Shown: piece by piece, positions 1-5,250 of the stretch
Position numbering within the stretch: position 1 is the stretch's first letter
Layout of the letters: each line of letters opens with the position of its first letter
Origin: a virus
Reading direction: 5' to 3' (one strand)
Virus record (IMG/VR): IMGVR_UViG_3300045988_025734
Length of the DNA: 5,813 nt
The notes under the pieces: generated by a model
What the model was told of the DNA's origin: nothing
Seen by the model: only the letters and a program-made list of their open reading frames with translations
Databases searched by the model: none
Program-made: the position numbers and the translations under genes

Positions 1-89
1 ATTTTTTTTGTAACATAGCCTGCAACATATCTATAGGTCTCAGGCGTTGCTTGTGCTATCTGTATTTGACCCATGCCCCATAGATTGCA
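1..89. repeat. Terminal redundancy, copy 1 (identical to 5725..5813). This is the signature of a circular contig; unit genome 5,724 nt.
   Basis: Direct comparison: attttttttgtaacatagcctgcaacatatctataggtctcaggcgttgcttgtgctatctgtatttgacccatgccccatagattgca occurs at both ends. The Rep reading frame is continuous across the junction because 5724 is divisible by 3. Confidence 0.95.
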
Positions 90-557
90 CATCCATTCGC
101 TGGTGTAATATCCGTTGTGTTTTATTTTATAGATTTGCTTTAGGTCTGTTGGTTGCCATCCATACAAAATCATGTGATAGTGCGGTCTTGCCGTTTGTTC
201 TCCGTATTCTCCCGCACAGAAATAGCGTAATTGGCCCCTATAAGCCTTTCTGAGACGTTTTAAGAATTTTTGCATATCCGGATATAGTAATGTTTGTACG
301 CTTTCAGGCGCTTTCTCTCCCGGCTTCCAGACGTACTGCACTTTGCGCATAATTTCACCGGTTTTTACTATCATGCCCGGCACGTGGTCATCATCGTAAG
401 TTAGTGTAATGAACCATACTTGTTCTTTTGGCCATCCTCTGGCCTCTAGCTCTATGCGTGTCGTCCAGTCCTCCCGTTGTCGGATTCTGCATCCGATGCA
501 CTTTCCGCATGGTATCAACATTACTTTTGGATTATACATTAAATCTTCATATTTCAT
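1..557 (-). CDS. VP4: Replication initiation protein (Microviridae VP4 / phiX174 A-like HUH endonuclease), N-terminal part. It runs off the window edge and continues at 5724..5364.
   Basis: My own translation of the reverse complement gives MKYEDLMYNPKVMLIPCGKCIGCRIRQREDWTTRIELEARGWPKEQVWFITLTYDDDHVPG...LRYFCAGEYGEQTARPHYHMILYGW...YRYVAGYVTKK. It shows the CxxCxxCR element, motif 1 FITLTY, the HUH motif HYH, and the double-Tyr motif YVAGYVTKK. The ORF track misses it because it has no stop inside the window. The frame is open up to an ATG at 596 (MSLARFSELAGKQ-), but that ATG sits in the loop of a terminator-like hairpin. ATG 557 or ATG 539 are therefore more plausible starts. None has a strong SD. 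Confidence 0.9.
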   Translation of the reverse strand, partial: MKYEDLMYNPKVMLIPCGKCIGCRIRQREDWTTRIELEARGWPKEQVWFITLTYDDDHVPGMIVKTGEIMRKVQYVWKPGEKAPESVQTLLYPDMQKFLKRLRKAYRGQLRYFCAGEYGEQTARPHYHMILYGWQPTDLKQIYKIKHNGYYTSEWMCNLWGMGQIQIAQATPETYRYVAGYVTKK

Positions 558-572
558 TTGTTTTCCGGCTAA

Positions 573-609
573 CTCAGAAAAGCGGGCAAGTGACATCACA
601 TGCCCGCTT
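573..609 (-). terminator. Hairpin plus T-run between VP2 and Rep (candidate leaky intrinsic terminator/attenuator).
   Basis: Perfect inverted repeat agcgggca (581..588) / tgcccgct (601..608), extendable by a580:t609, with a 12-nt loop. On the coding strand it reads AGCGGGCA-N12-UGCCCGCU followed by UUUUCUGAGUU. It lies about 50 nt after the VP2 stop. Confidence 0.45.
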
Positions 610-658
610 ATTTCTCTATCTTCCGGGCTGTATATCCGTATTAACGGCTTGTAACAGC

Positions 659-1513
659 TCACTTTAAATAATCACCCGGCTTTCTTTCTTCTCCATAATC
701 TCCCGTTTTGTTTTGTGGCTTTGTGAATTCTTGCTTTCTTCCCTGCTTTGGCGCTGCCTTTTCAATTGCTTCTTCGGTTACCTTGTCGGTGCCTTTTCCA
801 ATTTCTGTCAGTGCTTTTGTCATTCCATAGGGTGTCAGGTGCGTTTGACTTAGCATTTGCTGCCAGCTTTGCGCAGCGTTGTACCAGTCTGATTTGCTCC
901 AGCTGCTGCTGCTGTATGCGTTTGGCACAAATCCTCCACTTCTGCTTACGCCTAGTGCACTGCTGCTTGCAAGTCCCATACTTGCGCCGCTTATCGTTGC
1001 CGCACTTCCTCCCGGTGTGCTTGCGCCGCCGTTTGCGAATGCCAGTATTGGATTGAGCCCGGCTTTTTTCATATCTTCTACGGCTCTTTGGTAGGCCGTG
1101 GAGCTCATTCTTTCCTGCCATTCTCTGTTTTTCATGGCTTCGGTGCTGTTGAAATTCATTGCCGCCGTGTTTTCGATGTGGTTATAGATACCCTGTGCGA
1201 TTGCGCCCAAGGTATTGTAGCCCATTTGCTTAAGCATGGAGCCGGTGTTAAATTGGCTTTGTCTCTGTGCTTCTCCTGCTTGGTATTGGTATGCTCCTTC
1301 CAGCCACTTTTGTACCTGTTCAATGTTCGTTCCTGATTGGCTTCCGCTTTCGGAATGTCCTCCGCCTTGGCTTACACTGCCGCCTTGGCTTTGGCTGTTT
1401 CCCGTCTGACCCCAACCGCCAAACATGCTTCCAATGTTTTTAGCCGCTCCCGCAATGCTTCCTATTGCGTTTGCTCCTGCGCCAACCATTGACATAATTG
1501 TTAATGGATCCAT
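659..1513 (-). CDS. VP2: Minor capsid / DNA pilot protein VP2 (284 aa).
   Basis: Gly/Ala-rich hydrophobic N-terminus (MVGAGANAIGSIAGAA), a Gly/Ser/Gln low-complexity linker, and the block REWQERMSSTAYQRAVEDMKKAGLNPILA. That block matches the conserved S(S/N)TAYQR...AGLNP signature I recall for gokushovirus VP2. It lies immediately downstream of VP1. ATG start at 1513. Confidence 0.85.
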   Translation of the reverse strand: MDPLTIMSMVGAGANAIGSIAGAAKNIGSMFGGWGQTGNSQSQGGSVSQGGGHSESGSQSGTNIEQVQKWLEGAYQYQAGEAQRQSQFNTGSMLKQMGYNTLGAIAQGIYNHIENTAAMNFNSTEAMKNREWQERMSSTAYQRAVEDMKKAGLNPILAFANGGASTPGGSAATISGASMGLASSSALGVSRSGGFVPNAYSSSSWSKSDWYNAAQSWQQMLSQTHLTPYGMTKALTEIGKGTDKVTEEAIEKAAPKQGRKQEFTKPQNKTGDYGEERKPGDYLK

Positions 1514-1521
1514 TTTAAAAT

Positions 1522-1541
1522 AGCCCGGATTTCTCCGGGCT
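1522..1541 (-). terminator. GC-rich hairpin between the VP1 stop and VP2 start. It is either an attenuator/mRNA-stability element or an SD-bridging structure.
   Basis: agcccgg (1522..1528) / ccgggct (1535..1541): 7-bp stem, 6-nt loop. On the coding strand it reads AGGAGGA-[hairpin]-AUUUUAAAAUG. The AGGAGG SD (1545..1550) is upstream of the stem and the VP2 ATG is 8 nt downstream of it. Confidence 0.45.
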
Positions 1542-1551
1542 TCCTCCTTTC

Positions 1552-3231
1552 TTACAGCTTGTACAGGCCGGGTACGCTGTACAGCGGCATCCGTCTTGTG
1601 GTCTTATTTGCGACACGCACGGCCCCAAAGAATTGTGGTTCATTCTGCACAATCAGTGTTCGTGCAATTTCGGCTTTGCCCTCTGCTATCCATTCTTGGC
1701 TGAGTGTCGGCACGGTGCTGTAGATATCTGCGTAATGCCAGAAGTCCAACGTACCGGTTGCGTTGCTTCTCATAAGGCCGGAAACACGGTTTGGTTTCAT
1801 CCGGTAGTCAGCCCAGGCTTCCTGATATCCGAAAGTTTCCTCATCTGTTGCGTCTCCGGTGAGCATGATTTCTTTCTTTTTCACCGGCTGTTCGCCTAGG
1901 TTTGCAAACTGTGGTACATAGTAGTCCAGTCTGTCTTTTCGGCTCCAGAAGCGTTCAAGGCCCTGCTGATAGCTCCTGTTGTGTCGCACGCAGGCAACAC
2001 CGATGACAAAGCCGTGCTCTTCAAAGCTCTTGGTGAACGAGCTTTCTCTAATAGGCGTCACTGACACAGCACCGGTTTCACCGATAGGTGTGTCATTTTC
2101 GGTCTGCTGGCCGCTGGTCTGGATAATTTGGTTAACGTTGACCTGATACCGTCCGCCACCCAGATATTCCGGAATTTGCACGGTTTTGTCGCTGATGGTC
2201 ACATCCCATAGCGCGCGTACCTGCTCACGGTACCGGCTGCCGCCTCTGGCCAGTGCTTCGTAGTACTGCTGTACTGCAATTGCTTCTCGTAGGTCGTTTA
2301 TGGTCGCTGCCGTTACAGTACTTAAGTCCGCTCCCATCCAATAGGATTTTACAGTTGGTGACCCGCTGTTTGCCACGTCTGCGTCAAAGCTCGTTCCATT
2401 TTTTCCCCATCCGCCTGCATAGGTCGTAATTGGTAAGTCCGGGTCGTTTGTTTTCCATCGTAAACTTCTTTGTCCTGATAGTTCGATTTTCTCGTTTAGG
2501 TTTTCATCTTTGTATGCTTCAATTTTTGCGTTGCCCTGAATTGGCATCGTAATTTCCGGCCCACGCTGTGGGTACGGCATGCAGCTTGTGAAGTAGTCGT
2601 GGAACTTATTTACCGGCAGCAGATTTCCGCCCAGTACTGCGTTTTGCAGATCGGTTTCCAGTGTTTCGGAGGCTTCTGCCGTGAAGTTGTATGTCACGTC
2701 TGCGTCATCGTTTTTTAAAACGGCTGCGTTGTCCACGTTTTCGTCTCTGAAAAATTCGTTCCAGATTTTGACATATGCTCGGATAGGTAGCGCGTTGATG
2801 GTAAAAGGTTTTTTGATTTTTGTCGGCACACCCATATAGTCCAGAATGGACCTTTCATCCGGTGCAGGTTTTACGTTCGTGCCGTTGATTTTGATTTGCG
2901 GCACAGCATATGCCTTTGTCGGCATCCATGGCGTTTCTTCCACCTCGCCCATGAAGCGTTTGAAGTTGTCCCACAGAATCCGGTCTGGTGTGTAGAAATA
3001 GTAAAAGTCGATGAATGCGTCATCCATTACCGGATATTTCGGTGTGGTCATTCGGATGATTGCCGTTGTGTCTACCTGGAAGGTATCGCCTGGTAGCACT
3101 TCGTCCACAAAGAACGGGATGAGCTTTCCAGCATCAAACGTGGTCAGAATAGTCTGGTCTCTGTTGAATCGTGTTCGGCTTGCGTGCATTTCCGGAATCT
3201 GAAGGAAATGCCGTTCGTTATTTCTGTTCAC
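1552..3231 (-). CDS. VP1: Major capsid protein VP1 (Microviridae F-protein family), 559 aa.
   Basis: The N-terminal region HASRTRFNRDQTILTTFDAGKLIPFFVDEVLPGDTF is the hallmark gokushovirus VP1 start (S.F....T.F.aG.L.P....EvLPGD). The size is typical. The start codon is GTG at 3231..3229, preceded by GAGGAAA 6 nt upstream. It overlaps the end of the upstream scaffold-like gene by 14 nt. Confidence 0.95.
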   Translation of the reverse strand: MNRNNERHFLQIPEMHASRTRFNRDQTILTTFDAGKLIPFFVDEVLPGDTFQVDTTAIIRMTTPKYPVMDDAFIDFYYFYTPDRILWDNFKRFMGEVEETPWMPTKAYAVPQIKINGTNVKPAPDERSILDYMGVPTKIKKPFTINALPIRAYVKIWNEFFRDENVDNAAVLKNDDADVTYNFTAEASETLETDLQNAVLGGNLLPVNKFHDYFTSCMPYPQRGPEITMPIQGNAKIEAYKDENLNEKIELSGQRSLRWKTNDPDLPITTYAGGWGKNGTSFDADVANSGSPTVKSYWMGADLSTVTAATINDLREAIAVQQYYEALARGGSRYREQVRALWDVTISDKTVQIPEYLGGGRYQVNVNQIIQTSGQQTENDTPIGETGAVSVTPIRESSFTKSFEEHGFVIGVACVRHNRSYQQGLERFWSRKDRLDYYVPQFANLGEQPVKKKEIMLTGDATDEETFGYQEAWADYRMKPNRVSGLMRSNATGTLDFWHYADIYSTVPTLSQEWIAEGKAEIARTLIVQNEPQFFGAVRVANKTTRRMPLYSVPGLYKL

Positions 3232-3628
3232 TCGTTTCCTCTTTCTGCACCTTTTCCGGTGCGTTTTCTTGAGCTTCCTTCAGCTCTTTCAGCTTCATGG
3301 CGTTTACCTGTGCCGTTGCCATCATCTGGTGATATTCGTGGATGTTCTGCGGCCATCCGGTAATATCCGTGATAGGTGTTTCTTCCTTGGATAGTGCACC
3401 TTGTGACAGGCTTCTCATGAATTCTGGGTCGAAAGATGCTTTTCGTACGATGCTTTTAATATCGCATTCATCAGCATAACTTTCAATCTCTGCCTGCACG
3501 TCGATGCTTTCAGTTTCCTGCAAGTACTCTTTGCCGTCTTTGTCCTTTGCCCAGACGTACTGTTTTCTTTCGTTTTTGCCCGATTCGGAAAAGAGGGGCT
3601 TTCGCCCCTCCTCATATCGTTTATTCAT
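3218..3628 (-). CDS. Putative internal scaffolding protein (VP3-like), 136 aa.
   Basis: A charged, helical protein with ADECDIKSIVRKASF, resembling the (E/D)xDIN.I..R motif I recall in gokushovirus VP3. It sits directly upstream of VP1 and overlaps it. SD GGGAGGG lies 9 nt before ATG 3628. Its start overlaps the orf79 stop (ATGAATAA). Confidence 0.55.
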   Translation of the reverse strand: MNKRYEEGRKPLFSESGKNERKQYVWAKDKDGKEYLQETESIDVQAEIESYADECDIKSIVRKASFDPEFMRSLSQGALSKEETPITDITGWPQNIHEYHQMMATAQVNAMKLKELKEAQENAPEKVQKEETSEQK

Positions 3629-3860
3629 GCGGTTTGCCCTCCCATACCTTTTCCGTGTCGTTCTGGAAGGTGCCCAGTTCGTCCTCGAAATTTGCCAGCT
3701 TAAAGCCGGTGTAATCCTGCGGACTCTGGCCGATGAAGGTTTTCTCGTCCTTTGCCATCACGTTGCACATGCGTGCAAAGGTTGCGTTGTTTTTGCTTTC
3801 GCCTACCCACGCATAGCATTTTGCCACGTTGTCCCAGATACCATAATAGGAATGAATCAT
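3621..3860 (-). CDS. Hypothetical protein orf79 (79 aa).
   Basis: ATG 3860 is preceded by AAAAAAAGGAGAAAAACA, a strong AAGGAG SD with 7-nt spacing. Its end overlaps the VP3-like start by 8 nt (coupled). No motif recognised. Confidence 0.7.
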   Translation of the reverse strand: MIHSYYGIWDNVAKCYAWVGESKNNATFARMCNVMAKDEKTFIGQSPQDYTGFKLANFEDELGTFQNDTEKVWEGKPHE

Positions 3861-3877
3861 TGTTTTTCTCCTTTTTT

Positions 3878-3979
3878 TTACAGCCGGATGCCACCGCGCA
3901 TGGGCTTCTGGCTCAGGTTAATACTTTTGGTTTTTCGTGCGGTCACGTTGAACATTCGCTTGTCTTTTCGCATGTTCAT
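3878..3979 (-). CDS. Small, highly basic peptide (33 aa); candidate DNA-binding/packaging protein (phiX174 J / gokushovirus ORF8-like).
   Basis: Manual translation gives MNMRKDKRMFNVTARKTKSINLSQKPMRGGIRL, with about 10 K/R in 33 residues. It fills the otherwise unexplained 117-nt gap between orf75 and orf79 in a genome with almost no other gaps. It is below the ORF-track length cutoff. The SD is weak (GTAAGAAA). Confidence 0.5.
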   Translation of the reverse strand: MNMRKDKRMFNVTARKTKSINLSQKPMRGGIRL

Positions 3980-3983
3980 TTTC

Positions 3984-4211
3984 TTACGATATGCCATTGT
4001 AAAATCCCCTTCTGATAAGTTCAAGTTCGATTGCATCTGCAAAGCTCTTTAAGTGCCAGATCTCGTCCAGCATCTTCTTTGCCGTTTCTATGTCGGCTAT
4101 CTTACGTAAGAGCTTATAGTTTGTGTCGATTTCCTTGTATTTCTTTTCAAGGATATTTCTCAGTTCTTCTTCGGTCTGGTCCCTTACGTTCCACGACTTG
4201 TTTAGGCTCAT
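3984..4211 (-). CDS. Hypothetical protein orf75 (75 aa), predicted all-helical and charged.
   Basis: ATG 4211 is preceded by AAGAAGGAGGACTAACCAAC, a very strong AAGGAGG SD. The protein is rich in K/E/L heptad-like sequence. No motif recognised. Confidence 0.7.
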   Translation of the reverse strand: MSLNKSWNVRDQTEEELRNILEKKYKEIDTNYKLLRKIADIETAKKMLDEIWHLKSFADAIELELIRRGFYNGIS

Positions 4212-4216
4212 GTTGG

Positions 4217-4333
4217 TTAGTCCTCCTTCTTGATTTCGTCATGCAGAGCATGATAAATCTCATCCAGCTTTTCCAAAATCTGCATCATGATGCGGATTGC
4301 CTGCTTTACGTCCTTGATGGAAATCAATGCCAT
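4217..4333 (-). CDS. Small hypothetical protein orf38 (38 aa), translationally coupled to the peptidase gene.
   Basis: Manual translation gives MALISIKDVKQAIRIMMQILEKLDEIYHALHDEIKKED. Its ATG (4333..4331) overlaps the peptidase TAA stop as TAATG. AAAGGGGTGA lies 5 nt upstream. The ORF fills the gap to orf75 exactly. It is below the ORF-track cutoff. Confidence 0.5.
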   Translation of the reverse strand: MALISIKDVKQAIRIMMQILEKLDEIYHALHDEIKKED

Positions 4334-4719
4334 TATGTCACCCCTTTTCTATATTTACTTTCGCGTACATCAATGTGTACGAAATTAGTATACCGGATGA
4401 TTCCGCCTTTGTCAAGTATGCTATCTGCATATTTTGCGACTTCTTTTGAACTGTGCCCTTTCACTACGATATCGGCGGCCATTCCTTTACAATGGAAGCT
4501 GTTTCCTGCTCCGTTGACTTTTTCGTTGTAGCTTGGTGTCCTATAGCCGCTGTTGACTTTGCAAGGTGCATTGAAATGATTTCTAATCTTCTCCAGTGTT
4601 TCGAGTAGCTCTGTGCATAGGAGCAGTTCAAAACTTCCGTCTTTACATGCAAATTCTTTCGCTTCAAAGTGCTCGCTCACCTTTCCGAAGTCTCTGTTGA
4701 TGAAGTTAATGTGTTTCAT
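4333..4719 (-). CDS. Zinc-dependent cell-wall peptidase, Peptidase_M15 (M15_3 / D-Ala-D-Ala carboxypeptidase-like fold), 128 aa; candidate endolysin.
   Basis: FEAKEFACKDG...NSGYRTPSYNEKVNGAGNSFHCKGMAADI...FVHIDVR matches the family pattern EF.C...SGYR...N..vGG...S.H..G.A.D...HvD.R. The H-x6-D and H-x-D zinc ligands are present. AAGGAG SD lies 9 nt before ATG 4719. The N-terminus MKHINFINRDFGKV has no signal peptide or TM segment. Confidence 0.9.
   Translation of the reverse strand: MKHINFINRDFGKVSEHFEAKEFACKDGSFELLLCTELLETLEKIRNHFNAPCKVNSGYRTPSYNEKVNGAGNSFHCKGMAADIVVKGHSSKEVAKYADSILDKGGIIRYTNFVHIDVRESKYRKGVT
4387..4415 (-). promoter_or_regulatory. Candidate internal promoter inside the 3' part of the peptidase gene.
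   Basis: The coding strand reads TTGACA (4415..4410), a 17-nt spacer, then TATACT (4392..4387). The -35 is 6/6 and the -10 is 5/6 with optimal spacing. It would drive orf38 and everything downstream without orf63 or the peptidase. It could also be a chance match within coding sequence. Confidence 0.35.
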
Positions 4720-4738
4720 GGTTTTTTTCTCCTTTGTT

Positions 4739-4930
4739 TTACATCCACATTATTTTGTTTTCATCTTCGTTTTCTAGCTGGTTGATTCTCTGTCTGGATA
4801 GCTCGCCACTTCGGTTCGTCCAGCACCTCAATTTTTTGTCGTAGGTATAAGGATAATAGATATACCCGTCAATATCTGAATGATAACATTTTACTTTTTT
4901 GTTTTCGGTGTATTCGTAGTGGCTTTTCAT
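4739..4930 (-). CDS. Hypothetical protein orf63 (63 aa), Tyr-rich N-terminal half and acidic C-terminal helix; first gene after the promoter.
   Basis: ATG 4930 is preceded by AGAGAGGTAAAAACA (GAGG SD, 8-nt spacing) and lies about 25 nt downstream of the consensus promoter -10. The stop is 19 nt before the peptidase ATG. No motif recognised. Confidence 0.65.
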   Translation of the reverse strand: MKSHYEYTENKKVKCYHSDIDGYIYYPYTYDKKLRCWTNRSGELSRQRINQLENEDENKIMWM

Positions 4931-4955
4931 TGTTTTTACCTCTCTTTCTGGTTAT

Positions 4956-4984
4956 ATTATAGCATTTCTCTTTACAATTGTCAA
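4956..4984 (-). promoter_or_regulatory. Main promoter: perfect -35, 17-nt spacer, extended -10.
   Basis: The coding strand reads TTGACA (4984..4979) attgtaaagagaaaTGc TATAAT (4961..4956). Both hexamers are consensus, the spacer is 17 nt, and a TGn extended -10 is present. It lies at the downstream end of the only long non-coding region, directly ahead of the gene array. Confidence 0.8.
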
Positions 4985-5045
4985 GTTTCAATTTGTACAA
5001 GGTTGCGCAGCAATTTTGTGCAAATTGGAACTTTCGCCGTTAGGC

Positions 5046-5210
5046 GTTTTCAACACTTTCCACATAGTTTTCAACTTTTCCACATTGTTAAACTTTAGCA
5101 CAACAGAGCGTTTCAACAATTCAACAAGGTATTCACAATTCTTTCAACACTGTTTTTGCTACTTTTTTCCGATGCTACGTTAAAAATACAGGTTTTCAAC
5201 TTTTTCACAG
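5046..5210. repeat. Iteron-like array: three 19-20-nt direct repeats plus TTCAAC half-sites.
   Basis: R1 5046..5065 is gttttcaacactttccacat, R2 5067..5085 is gttttcaacttttccacat, and R3 5192..5210 is gttttcaactttttcacag (17/19 identical to R2). Exact TTCAAC starts at 5049, 5070, 5112, 5120, 5143 and 5195, and a variant TTCACA at 5132. Six exact hexamers fall within 152 nt, against a chance expectation of about 0.04. Confidence 0.85.
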
Positions 5211-5214
5211 CCCC

Positions 5215-5250
5215 TACTACTACGACTACAACAAGTTATATAATAATATT
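5215..5250. repeat. (NAC)6 trinucleotide run (5215..5232) followed by an 18-nt pure A/T-rich block (5233..5250).
   Basis: tac tac tac gac tac aac, then aagttatataataatatt. It lies between the iteron array and the GC-rich tract. Confidence 0.7.

Noticed and set aside
47-667. Plus-strand ORFs at 47..253, 409..654 and 428..667.
   Set aside because: They are antisense to the Rep N-terminal coding region, whose HUH, FITLTY and YxxxYxxK motifs are unambiguous on the minus strand.
762-1121. A 119-aa extremely basic ORF overprinted on VP2 in another minus-strand frame, considered as a possible phiX-style overlapping gene.
   Set aside because: The VP2 region is GC-rich and low-complexity, encoding Gly/Ser/Ala, so several frames on both strands are open there (also 748..1056 + and 879..1094 +). 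The ORF has no convincing SD before ATG 1121, and its Arg/Lys/Gln-rich composition is what a frameshifted Gly/Ala/Ser sequence produces. It cannot be excluded without conservation analysis.
3504-4531. Long plus-strand ORFs (182 aa at 3504..4052 and 166 aa at 4031..4531).
   Set aside because: They are antisense to five minus-strand genes that have strong SDs, coupling or family motifs. Their Leu/Ser/Phe/Cys-rich composition with no SD is typical of shadow ORFs opposite purine-rich coding strands. All recognisable microvirus genes here are co-oriented.
3415-4667. Alternate-frame minus-strand ORFs (66 aa at 3415..3615, 64 aa at 3700..3894, 67 aa at 4464..4667), considered as candidate E-like lysis genes.
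   Set aside because: None contains a hydrophobic TM-like segment, which is the defining feature of amurin or holin candidates. None has an SD, and at least one (3894) uses a GTG start. They are most likely frame shadows.
5239-5244. A plus-strand TATAAT in the AT-rich block, considered as a divergent promoter.
   Set aside because: No acceptable -35 lies 16-18 nt upstream (the sequence there is ACTACT), and there is no credible plus-strand gene for it to drive.
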